Assembly: GCA_038087875.1 (NCBI GenBank)
Contig: JAXLNO010000438.1
Span: 868,001 to 898,675 of the forward strand
DNA from: Malacoraja senta
Lineage: Eukaryota
Direction of reading: 5' to 3'
DNA length: 30,675 nt
A program made the position numbers and the translations under genes. Under the pieces are notes generated by a model, which was given only the letters and a program-made list of their open reading frames with translations, was not told the origin of the DNA and did not search any database. Below, piece by piece: positions 10,431 through 21,122 of this stretch. Position 1 is the stretch's first letter, and every line of letters begins with the position of its first letter.

Positions 10431-12929
10431 ATGAAATATTCCAATAATATCACAAAGTTCTTGGATACCTGTAATCTTCCAAAGTTAGAGCTGAAGGAAC
10501 AAGAGGAACTGGGTGCACAAATCTCAATTAAGGAATTAGAAGATACAATAAACTCACTAAAAAATGGAAAAACACCAGGCCCTGATGGATTTACTAATGA
10601 ATTTTATAAAAACTTTTATGATAAAATAATACCAAGATTACAAAAAATGTACCAATACGCTTTTAAAAAACGAATACTACCTGATACATTAGCGGAATCA
10701 ACGATTACATTAATACCTAAGAAAAATAAGGATTTAGAAGAACCTGGCTCATATAGAGCTATAGCATTGTTAAACACAGATCAAAAAATATTAGCGAAAA
10801 CATTAGCCAGAAGATTAAGTAAATACATTAGTAAATTAATAAACCCAGATCAGACAGGGTTTATCCCTAAGAGATACTCTTCTAATAATATGAGACGTCT
10901 ACTCAACATAATGCACTCACACAAATCTGAAGATCAAGAATTATCAATTATTTCGCTGGATGCTGAAAAAGCATTTGATCAAGTAGAATGGAATTATATG
11001 GATAAAGTATTACAAAAATTTCAACTGGGAGAGAATTTTATTTTATGGATTAAGTTACTATATAACAAACCTACAGCTAGAATACTTACTAATAACATAT
11101 TATCCTCGAAATTTCAACTATCAAGGGGAAATAGACAAGGATGCTCATTATCACCACAGCTGTTTGCTCTCATTATTGAACCGCTAGCAGAAAAAATTAG
11201 AATACACCCTGATATTCATGGATATAATACTAAAGACTCATATAATAAAATATCTTTATACGCGGGTGATATATTATTGTATATTACAAAACCTCAAATC
11301 ACTATACCAAATATATTAAATTTAATTGAAGACTTCGGATCTTTTTCTGGATATAGAATAAATTGGAATAAAAGTGAAATTATGTCAATAAAACCGAAAG
11401 ATTCAACACATCTTTTAAAATTCCCTTTTAAAATAGCTACAGAAAAATTTAAATATTTGGGAATCGAAATTACCAGAGCATATCAAGGTATGCTCAGGGC
11501 AAATTTTGACCCCCTACTTAATAAACTGAATACATTAATTAAATTCTGGAAAACGCTTCCGATGTCTTTAATAGGCCGAATAAACGCAATAAAAATGATC
11601 TTTTTACCACAAATTTTATACCTATTTCAATCAATTCCTATATACTTACCTAAGAAGTTTTTTAAAAAACTCGACTCAGATATCACTAATTTTATATGGG
11701 ACTATAAATCACATAGAATACAAAAAACCCATCTGAATAAATCTAAAGTATTGGGGGGTCTAGCACTACCCAATTTTATGTATTATTATTGGTCAGTAAA
11801 TATTAAAAACATGATTCAACTGATGGATAACTCCGCCCAGCAAGTAGACTGGATTGTAATGGAGAAAGAGGATTGCTCCTCTAGAAACATTGGAGCGATC
11901 CTCCTCTCTCCAATGAAATTGAATAACATAAACTATAATAAGAACCCAATTATTCATAGTACAATCCGTATTTGGAAACAAATAAAACAAAATTTAAAAT
12001 TAAGAAACTTATCACTTTTATTACCTATAGTCAATAACCCTTCGTTTAGTCCTTCTATTATAGATAAAGCTTATACACAATGGGATAGACTAGGAATTAA
12101 AACGCTTGGTGACTTGTATGAAACTGGAAAATTACTTTCATTTCAACAATTACAAATAAAATATAAACTCGGAAATAATCAATATTTTAAATACTTTCAA
12201 ATATGCGACTATTTGAAAAAATATATAAAAGATCATCATAATAACCCAGCAGATGTACTGGACGAGGCAATGCAGACAAAAGCGGAATCAGCAAACTTAA
12301 TATCATATTTGTACAATATTATCTTAAATGTACAAATACCATCTACGGAGGGTATCAGAAGAGACTGGGAACAAGAGTTAGCTATTAAAATTTCAAAGGA
12401 AAGTTGGAATGAATACTTATTAAAAGTACATAAATGCTCGATTAATGTAAGACACACTTTAATACAATTTAAAATTTTACATAGATTATATTATTCGAAA
12501 ACTAAAATTCATAAAATTTTCCCAAACGTATCATCTATTTGTGATAAATGTCAATCCCAAGAAGCAACTATAGCGCACTCATTTGTCTTCTGTACAAAAA
12601 TTCAAAAATTTTGGAATGAAATTTTTGAAATCTTTACAAAGTTATTTAAAACAAGACTGATACCCAAAGCAGAATGGATTATCTTCGGAATAACGGAAGA
12701 TGATCCAGAACTAAATGTGTTTCAAAAGAAATTAATGGATTATGGGTTAATAACTGGAAAAAAGCTAATTCTAAAATTTTGGAAGAAGGCTCCAATACCA
12801 ACTATAAATATGTGGATTTCAAATATGTTTGAAACACTACACCTTGAAGAGATAAGACTCCTCCTAGCAGGTAAACCAGATCACTTCCACCTGACGTGGT
12901 CTGCATTTATAGAATTATTACAAACATAG
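10431..12929 (+). CDS. L1 ORF2 remnant (RT and C-terminal CCHC; no endonuclease; catalytic YADD changed to YAGD)
   Basis: 832-aa uninterrupted ORF with GKTPGPDGF, DQTGFIP, LDAEKAFD, RQGCSLSP, YAGD (11259-11270), KYLGI and CDKC...H...C. Confidence 0.85.
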   Translation: MKYSNNITKFLDTCNLPKLELKEQEELGAQISIKELEDTINSLKNGKTPGPDGFTNEFYKNFYDKIIPRLQKMYQYAFKKRILPDTLAESTITLIPKKNKDLEEPGSYRAIALLNTDQKILAKTLARRLSKYISKLINPDQTGFIPKRYSSNNMRRLLNIMHSHKSEDQELSIISLDAEKAFDQVEWNYMDKVLQKFQLGENFILWIKLLYNKPTARILTNNILSSKFQLSRGNRQGCSLSPQLFALIIEPLAEKIRIHPDIHGYNTKDSYNKISLYAGDILLYITKPQITIPNILNLIEDFGSFSGYRINWNKSEIMSIKPKDSTHLLKFPFKIATEKFKYLGIEITRAYQGMLRANFDPLLNKLNTLIKFWKTLPMSLIGRINAIKMIFLPQILYLFQSIPIYLPKKFFKKLDSDITNFIWDYKSHRIQKTHLNKSKVLGGLALPNFMYYYWSVNIKNMIQLMDNSAQQVDWIVMEKEDCSSRNIGAILLSPMKLNNINYNKNPIIHSTIRIWKQIKQNLKLRNLSLLLPIVNNPSFSPSIIDKAYTQWDRLGIKTLGDLYETGKLLSFQQLQIKYKLGNNQYFKYFQICDYLKKYIKDHHNNPADVLDEAMQTKAESANLISYLYNIILNVQIPSTEGIRRDWEQELAIKISKESWNEYLLKVHKCSINVRHTLIQFKILHRLYYSKTKIHKIFPNVSSICDKCQSQEATIAHSFVFCTKIQKFWNEIFEIFTKLFKTRLIPKAEWIIFGITEDDPELNVFQKKLMDYGLITGKKLILKFWKKAPIPTINMWISNMFETLHLEEIRLLLAGKPDHFHLTWSAFIELLQT

Positions 12930-13255
12930 GGTGCAAAAGTACTTTAAAAAAATAAAAAATTGAGGTCGGGTAAGGGGGGATGATAGTTGAAGAGTTGGTA
13001 TGTCCTATTTACGTGATGCTCAAAAAAAAAAACATTTGTTTTTCTTTTTTTCTCTCTCTCTTTTCTTTTCTTAGGGCCTATTTCTTAACTCTTTTTCTTT
13101 TTGTTTTTAATTTCGCTCTCATAGGGTCCTCGTCCTTTTTTTTTGTTGTTACATTTTCTACACTTTTCTACACTTGCACTTTTTCCTTCACTTTCTTCTC
13201 TCTTTCAATCTTTTCTTTCTTTAGTGTAAAAAAAAATAAGAAAAAAAAAAAAAAA
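10437..13255 (+). mobile_element. 5'-truncated L1-clade LINE with T-rich 3'UTR, poly(A) tail and 14-bp TSD
   Basis: TSD gaaatggtatgaaa at 10423-10436 and 13256-13269. Target TT|GAAA resembles the L1 endonuclease site. A-tail at about 13228-13255. Confidence 0.95.
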
Positions 13256-13737
13256 GAAATGGTATGAAACTGCATTTGAATGTGGTGGCCTTGCACCCTG
13301 CTTGAAAAAGATTGAAACTGCACTTCAATTTGGTTGTCTTGCACCTGCTTGAAGTGGTATGAAACTGCACTTGAATTTGGTGGCCTTGCACCCTGCTTGA
13401 AATGGCATGAAACAGCACTAGCATTTGGTGGCCTTGCACCCTGCTTGAAGTGGCATGAAACTGCACTTGAATTTGGTGGCCTTGCACCCTGTTTGAAGTG
13501 GGAGGAAACTGCACTTGAGTTTGGTGGCCCTACACCCTGCTTGTTGGCATGAAACTGCACTTGAATTGGGTGCCTTGCACCCTGCTTGAAGTGGTATGAA
13601 ACTGCAATTGAATTTGGTGGCCTTGCACCCTGCTTGACGTGGTAAGAAACTGCACTTGAGTTTGGTGGCCTAGCACCCTGCTTGAAATGGTAGGAAACTG
13701 CATTTGAATTTGGTGGCCTTGCACCCTGCTTGAAATG
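13256..13737. repeat. 48-bp minisatellite, about 10 copies; first unit at 10413-10436 split off by the L1
   Basis: Unit gcaccctgcttgaaatggtatgaaactgcacttgaatttggtggcctt, with matching 16-aa periodicity in the ORF track. Confidence 0.95.
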
Positions 13738-13952
13738 GAATTTCAAGGAATAGCCATGAGTCAACTGCTAGCCCACCAGCCGTGAGTGAGCTGCCAGCAC
13801 ATCAGGCTTGAGTGACTGAGCTGCCACCCCAAGAATCCATTTGGCCCACAATGTCCATACTAGCCCTCTGGAAAACAGCCCCTTCAGCCCACAATACCCA
13901 TACCAGCGCTCCAGAAAGCCCTGTGGGACCCAACAAGTCCCACTTAGACTAG

Positions 13953-15305
13953 TAACTAATAAAACTCTGATCTTGGATGTGTGTGTGTGTGTATTTGTTT
14001 GTGTGCTGTTTGTCTGTGATTCACATCTCCTCGAAAACACGACACGCTAATGGTGAATTTTTTACATATTCCGATAGAGATTTACACCATGATGTCAAAA
14101 ATCACCTAATCTAAAAATTTGATTTATTATTTCTGAGTTATTTTTTAAAATTGTTCACAAATCTGAAATCTTTTTAAAGTTAACGAGCTGATGATGTCAC
14201 AATTGCTCTGCTCCTTGCAGCCCGCTGCGCAATGGTTTCAAAGCGCCGCTTGCTGGGCACTGTTTTCCACGCGCTGCGAGTTACGTCATACCCCCCCCCC
14301 CCGAATCGCCGCCTGCTCGCAATTGAATTGCACTCAGACGGCCTTCCGCCCAACCCCTCCCCGCCCGCAGCCCAGCCGCCCTCCCCCCCAGGCTCTGGAT
14401 TGAAGCCACTTAACACGCAGTAATTTGGTTGGGCATCCGAGGGTTTCAGAGGTCTTCCGTGTTTTCCCGAGGTCCTGTGCTCTCCCGAGGCCCGCCACCC
14501 GCTCGCAGTCGGCCCCGCCCACTCAGTGTCCGCGCCACCCGCTCACCGAGTTCAAGTCCGCCTTCTCCCTCTCTCTCTCCCCCTCCCTCCTCCTCTCCCC
14601 CTCCCTCCCTCCCCCCTCCCCCCACCTCTCCCCCCTCTCCCCTCCTCTCCCCTTCCTCTCCTCTACCCCACTCCCGCCTACCCCCTTCCCCTATCTCCCT
14701 CCCTCTTCCCACCCTCTCCCCCGCTCTCTCCCCCATTCCACCTCCCCCCATCGCTCCTCTCTCCCCATCCCCCTCTCCCCCTCCCTCCTCATTCTCCCCC
14801 TTCACTCCCCCTCTCTCCCCCCCTCTCACCCATCCTCTCCCCCTTCCCCCTCTCTCTCCCCCTCTCCCCGTGCTCCTCTCCTCCTCTCCCCTCCCTCTCT
14901 CCTCTCCCCCGCTCCTCCCCCCTCACTCCCATCTCCACCCCCCCTCTCCCCCTCCCTCCACCCCCTCTCTCTCCCCCCCTCTCCCTCTCTCTCTTTCTCT
15001 GCCCCTTTCTCTCTGCCCCTCTCTCTCTCTGTCTCTGCCCCTCTGTCTCTGCCCCCTCTCTCTCTACCCCCCTCCCTCTTTAGACGAGCCTGCAAGTTGG
15101 AGGCGATGCGTCAGTGGATAGGGTGGGGATGGGGTAAAAGGAGCCAATTAATAATATTAATATAACATCAAGGGGGGTGTTTAGTGTGTGTGTATGTGGG
15201 GGGGGGGGTGGTGGTTAGTGTGTGTGTGACACTGCAGGCCATCCACCCCCCCCCCCACAACCGCAAGTTGAGGAGACAGGACCCAATGGGTCCCCCTTGG
15301 TCTAG
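13953..15305 (+). mobile_element. Non-autonomous Helitron-like unit B
   Basis: 5' taactaataaaactctgatcttgg plus a GT-rich microsatellite. 3' inverted repeat ggaccca/tgggtcc (15279-15293) then CTAG|T (15302-15305). Confidence 0.7.
14562..15080. repeat. About 520-bp C/T polypyrimidine low-complexity tract
   Basis: Nearly pure C/T sequence on the + strand. Confidence 0.95.
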
Positions 15306-15581
15306 TATACTTATAAAACTCTGATCTTGGATGTGTGTGTATTTATTTGTGTATTTGTTCGTCTGCGTATCACATCTCCTCGAAAACACGACGCGCTAAC
15401 GGTGAAATTTTTACATATTCCGATAGAGATTTATGCCATGATGTAAAAAATAGCCTAATCTGAAAATATGTTGCATTATTTCCTGTTATTTATGAAAAAG
15501 TTCACAAATGTCCAGAAACTTGGAAAAAAATTACTGTGCTTAGCCCTGTGCTTAGCCCTCCTCGTAACATTGTTGACAGCT

Positions 15582-17238
15582 ATCTGCAGAGCCAAAAGAG
15601 ATGGGGGAGATATTGAACAATTTCTTTTCTTCGGTATTCGCCAAGGAGAAGGATATGGAATTATGTGAGGTAAGGGAAACAAGCAGAGTAGCAATGGAAA
15701 CTATGAGATTCAAAGAAGAGGAGGTGCAGACACTTTTGAAAAATATGAAAACGGATAAGTCTCCAGGTCCTGACAGAATATTTCCTAGGACATTGAGGGA
15801 AGTTAGTGTAGAAATAGCAGGGGCTATGACAGAAATATTTCAAATGTCATTAGAAACGGGATAGTGCCAGAGGATTGGCGTACTGCGCATGTTGTTCCGT
15901 TGTTTAAAAAGGGTTCTAAGAGTAAACATAGCAATTATAGACCTGTTAGTTTGACGTCAGTGGTGGGCAAATTAATGGAAAGGATACTTAGAGATAATAT
16001 ATATAAGCATCTGGATAAGCAGGGTCTGATTAGGAACAGTTAACATGGATTTGTGCCTGGAAGGTCATGTTTGACTAATCTTCTTGAATTTTTCGAAGAG
16101 GTTACTAGGGAAATTGATGAGGATAAAGCAGTGGATGTTGTCTATATGGACTTTGACAAGGTTCCTCATGGAAGGTTGGTTAAGAAGATTCAATTGTTGG
16201 GTATTAATGGTGGAGTAGCAAGATGGATTCAACAGTGGCTGAATGGGAGATGCCAGAGAGTAATGGTGGATGGCTGTTTGTCAGGTTGGAGGCCGGTGAC
16301 TAGTGGGGTGCTTCAGGGGTCTGTGTTGGGTCCACTGTTGTTTGTCATGTACATCAATGATCTGGATGATGGTGTGGAAAATTGGATTAGTAAGTATGCA
16401 GATGATACTAAGATTGGTGGTGTTGTGGATAATGAAGTAGATTTTCAAAGTCTACAGAGAGATTTAGGCCATTTGGAAGAGTGGGCTGAAAGATGGCAGA
16501 TGGAGTTTAATGCTGATAAGTGTGAGGTACTACATCTCGGCAGGACAAATCAAAATAGGACGTACATGGTAAATGTTAGCGAATTGAGGAATGCAGTTGA
16601 ATAGAGGGATCTAGGAATAACTGTGCATAGTTCCCTGAAGGTGGAATCTCATGTAGATAGGGTGATAAAGAAAGCTTTTGGTGTGCTGGCCTTTATAAAT
16701 CAGAGCATTGAATATAGAAGTTGGGATGTAATGTTAAAATTGTACAAGGCATTGGTGAGGCCAATTCTGGAGTATGGAGTACAATTTTGGTCGCCTAATT
16801 ATAGGAAGGATGTCAACAAAATAGAGAGAGTACAGAGGAGATTTACTAGAATGTTGCCTGGGTTTCAGCAACTAAGTTATAGAGAAAGGTTGAACAAGCT
16901 AGGTCTTTATTCTTTGGACCGCAGAAGGTTAAGAGGGGACTTGATAGAGGTCTTTAAAATGATGAGCGGGTTAGACAGAGTTGACGTGGATAAGCTTTTC
17001 CCATTGAGAGTAGGGAAGATTCAAACAAGGGGACATAACTTGAGAATTAAGGGACAGAAGTTTAGTGGTAACATTAGGGAGAACTTCTTTACTCAGAGAG
17101 TGGTAGCTGTGTGGAATGAGCTTCCAGTGGAAGTGGTGGAGGCAGGTTAGATTTTATCCTTTAAAAATAGATTGGATGGGTATATGGACGGGAAAGGAAT
17201 GGAGGGTTATGGTCTGAGTGCAGGTAGATGGGACTAGG
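15582..17238 (+). mobile_element. CR1 LINE copy 2 (different subfamily), 5'-truncated and lacking its 3' tail
   Basis: [28 protein letters not shown] and RPILEYGVQFW, with in-frame stops. Ends abruptly after agatgggactag with no tandem-repeat tail. Confidence 0.92.
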
Positions 17239-17393
17239 GGGAAGTATTCTTAAAATGCAAATGCATTTTTTTAAAGTTTAAAAATGAGGGAGGCTGAATA
17301 AGGCGAAATGAGCAGCCCCTGCGCAGTTGTCGGCTCTGGGTGAGTGCTGGAATAAGGGGATCGGGTTGCGTTTGGGGACCATGCCTCCCGTGT

Positions 17394-17540
17394 TCTTCTT
17401 CCTTGTGTCCGGCCATCTTCTATATCACGGCTTTCCGGTCGGTGGTTGCAGAATTGGCTACTTCAGTCAGTCACTGTGGTACAATTTCTGTCGTCAGTAT
17501 TGTCCGGGATGCGCCACATAGAGGCTTCTGCTTGCATCCC
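17394..17540 (-). mobile_element. Short 5'-truncated retroposon with (GAA)-like tail and 11-bp TSD
   Basis: gcctcccgtgt repeated at 17383-17393 and 17541-17551. The minus strand ends ...ggacacaaggaagaaga. Confidence 0.6.
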
Positions 17541-18759
17541 GCCTCCCGTGTGACAGGGACCCAACAGGTTCCAGTTGGTCTAGTTATATATAAAATTTAA
17601 ATATCTCCCTGTATCAGATTTATGCCACCTTTTATTGTCCTCTAATTGTTCCCTGAACTAACTGGTTTGCTGGACAATTTCCTCAATTAATTGAACATAA
17701 GGACCTTGAAAAAGTAAAAAAATTGTGCACAAACTAGAAGTGAGTGAAGGAAATGCCATCCAAAACTGGAGCTCCAGGGACAGCTAAAGGGATTAAAGTG
17801 ATACCAGGAAAACAAATATATTCATGGTTCAGTGGAGAAGTAAAATAAATATAAATATTCAGATGAGAACTAGGAATGGAAGTAAACACAGCAAAGAGAG
17901 AGAACGGGATTAGTAGCCAACAAAAAGTAGTTAAATTTAAGATGATAGTAAAGTCAGGTGGGATGTTCAGACTAAAAGTGGAGAATATGTGAGAGCAAAG
18001 GACTCCCACGTTAGTATATTATAGCTAAAACAGATAATGCTAGAAACACTCAGCATGTCAGGGTGCATCTAGGGAGAAATAAACAGTCAATATTATCCTT
18101 CATCAGAGTATTTAAAAGTTAAATAAGGATGATTTTAATGCTACAGGAAATTGAAAATGATTCAAAATAGTGGACTGGATAAAAATAGACAAAAAACAGG
18201 TGCCAATGATGTTGGCAGTATCAAAGTAGAAAAGTTAGCCAGCGCAGATTAAATTAACTCTGGGTTGCTGAAAACTTTGATGGTAGTCTTAACCTCAGTA
18301 GAAAAGGCAAAATGTAATTGCTACATCTCTGTTTAAAAAGAAAAGCTGGGATTGACAAACACTTCTATAAAACGCCAGTTAGTTCAAAGTCAATGATGAG
18401 CTGAGGCTTCAAAACAGTCATCTGTGATAAAAACTTTTTGCTCATGGAAAAATATGAGCTAATATATGAAATCCAGCAAAAACATGTTAAAAGCAAGCTA
18501 CTTTAGACTAATTTCATTGGGATTAAGAGTTATTGAGTACATGGACAACTGGTACATTTATCCTCGGGATAAACATGCAAATATTTTTGGAAGTAGCAAA
18601 CTAAAAAGACATAAAATGGCATATGGAATCCTGGTGTTGTAAAGGGATTTAATAGACAAATTGATGATATTTATTTTTGAAACATTTGCACTGTTGGAAT
18701 ATTCTTGCCCATGAGGAGTATTGTAGATAATTCCAGACAACATACATTAGGTAGATTGG

Positions 18760-18960
18760 AGACACAAGGAACTGCAGGTGCTGGTTTACAAATAAAGTGC
18801 TGGTGGGTCAGGCAGCATCTCTGGAGAACATGAATGGGTGAAGTTTCAGCCTTGGGACCTTTCTTCAGATGGTCTGAAGAATGGTCCCAACCCAAAACCT
18901 TACCTATTCATGTTCTCCAGAGATGCTGCCTGACCCATTGAGTTACTCCAGCGCTTTGTA
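18760..18960. repeat. Palindromic non-autonomous repeat with hammerhead-like cores
   Basis: Perfect 32-bp inverted repeat at 18804-18835 / 18906-18937. Inner arms tcttcaga/tctgaaga. Confidence 0.8.
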
Positions 18961-19044
18961 TCGTAATTTAGGTCGATGTCTAGTTTGTGGAGGATTCATT
19001 GAGGAATTACTAGAACAGGGACAGTGGTGCCAGATTTCAGTTAT

Positions 19045-21122
19045 AGACAGTAGACAATAGGTGCAGGAGAAGGCCATTCGGCCCTTCAAGCCAGCACCGC
19101 CATTCAATGTGATCTTGGCTGATCATCCCCAATCAGTACCCCGTTCCTGCCTTCTCCCCATATCCCCTGACTGCTATCTTTAAGAGCTATATCTAGCTCT
19201 CTCTTTAAAGTATCCAGAGAACCGGCCTCCACCGCCCTCTGAGGCAGAGAATTCCACAGACTTACAACTCTCTGTGAGAAAAAGTGTTTCCTCGTCTCCG
19301 TACTAAATGGCTTACCCCTTATTCTTAAACTGTGGCCCCTGGTTCTGGACTCCCCCAACATCGGGAACATGTTTCCTGCCTCTAGCTTGTCCATACTCTT
19401 AATAATCTTATATGTTTCAATAAGATTCCCTCTCATCCTTCTAAACTCCAGAGTGTACAAGCCCAGCCGCTCCATTCTCTCAGCATATGACAGTCCCGGC
19501 ATCCCGGGAATTAACCTTGTAAACCTATGCTGCACTCCCTCAATAGCAAGAATGTCCTTCCTCAAAATAGGGGACCAAAACTGCACATAATACTCCAGGT
19601 GTGGTCTCACTAGGCCCTGTACAATTGCAGAAGGACCTCTTTGCTCCTATACTCGACTCCTCTTGTTATAAAGGCCAACATGCCATTTGCTTTCTTCACT
19701 GCCTGCTGTACCTGCATGCTTACTTTCATAGACTGATGAACAAGGACCCCCAGATCCCATTGTACTTCCCCTTTTCCCAACGTGACGCTATTTAGATAGT
19801 AATCTGCCTTCCTGTTTTTGATACCAAAGTGGATAACCTCACATTTATCCACATTAAACTTCATCTGCCATGCATCTGCCCACTCCCCCAACCTGTCCAA
19901 GTCACCCTGCATTCTCATAGCATCCGCCTCACAGTTCACACTGCCACCTAGCTTTGTGTCATCTGCAAATTTGCTAATGTTACTTTGAATCCCTTCATCC
20001 AAATCATTGATGTATATTGTAAATAGCTGCAGTCCCAGCACCGAGCCTTGCGGTACCCCACTAGTCTCTGCCTGCCATTCTGAAAGGGACCCGTTAATCC
20101 CTACTCTCTGTTTCCTGTCTGCTAACCAATTTTCTATCCATGTCAGTACTCTACCCCCAATACCATGTGCCCTAATTTTGCCCACTAATCTCTTATGTGG
20201 GACCTTATCAAATGCTTTCTGAAAGTCCAGGTACACTACATCCACTGGCTCTCCCTTGTCCATTTTCCTAGTTACATCCTCAAAAAACTCCAGAAGATTA
20301 GTCAAGCTTGATTTCCCCCTTCGTAAATCCATGCTGACTCGGACCGATCCTGTTACTGCTATCCAAATGTGCGGCTATTTCATCTTTTATATTTGACTCC
20401 AGCATCTTCCCCACCATCGATTTCAGGCTAACTGGTCTATAATTCCCTGTTTTCTCTCTCCCGCCTTTCTTAAAAAGTAGGATAACATTAGCTACCCTCC
20501 AATCCGCAGGAACTGATCCTGAGTCTATAGAACATTGGAAAATTATCACCAATGCATCCACAATTTCTAGAGCCACTTCCTTAAGTACCCTGGGATGATG
20601 ACCATCAGGCCCTGGGGATTTATCAGCCTTCAGTCCCATCTGTCTACCCAACACCATTTCCTGCCTAATGTGGATTTCCATCAGTTTCTCCGTCACCCGA
20701 GATCCTCTGGCCACTACTATATCAGGAAGATTGTTTGTGTCCTCCTTAGTGAAGACGGATCCAAAGTACCTGTTCAACTCATCTGCCATTTCCTTGTTCC
20801 CCATAATACATTCACCTTTTTCGGTCATCAAGGGTCCCACTTTGGTCTTAACTAATTTTTTTCTCTTCACATACCTAAAGAAGCTTTTACTATCCTCCTT
20901 TATATTCTTGGCTAGCTTACCTGCGTACCTCATCTTTTCTCCCCGTATTGTCTTTTTCGTTATCTTCTGTTGCTCTTTAAACATTACCCAATCCTCTTGC
21001 TTCTCGCTCATCTTTGCTTCGTTGTACTTCTCTTTTATTTTTATACTGTGCCTGACGTCCCTTTTCAGCCACGGTCACCCCTTACTCCCCTTGGAATCTT
21101 TCTTCCTCCTAGGAATGAACTG
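19045..21122 (-). mobile_element. CR1 LINE copy 3 (same subfamily as copy 1), 5'-truncated, 7-bp TSD
   Basis: Frameshifted ORFs 21011-20298, 20332-19610 and 19610-19104 with FADD. Tail gcacctattgtctactgtct. cagttat at 19038-19044 and 21123-21129. Confidence 0.95.

Larger units (their letters stand above)
9462..13952 (+). mobile_element. Non-autonomous Helitron-like unit A (interrupted by L1)
   Basis: 3' hairpin gtgggac/gtcccac (13923-13943) followed by CTAG|T (13949-13952). Possible A|TC 5' end at 9462 (weak). Internal ~260-290 bp direct repeats and minisatellites. Confidence 0.65.
15306..17583 (+). mobile_element. Non-autonomous Helitron-like unit C (contains a CR1 fragment and a short insert)
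   Basis: First ~180 bp are homologous to the start of unit B. Degenerate hairpin gggacccaacaggttcc then CTAG|T (17580-17583). Confidence 0.65.

Noticed and set aside
10431..12929. Active autonomous L1
   Set aside because: No ORF1, 5'UTR or endonuclease domain, and the catalytic Asp is mutated.
13168..13764. 198-aa repetitive ORF and overlapping ORFs
   Set aside because: Artefact of a 48-bp (multiple of 3) minisatellite plus the L1 tail.
14425..15165. Pro/Ser/Leu-rich and Gly/Glu/Arg-rich ORFs
   Set aside because: A C/T-only tract contains almost no stop codons, so open frames are expected by chance.
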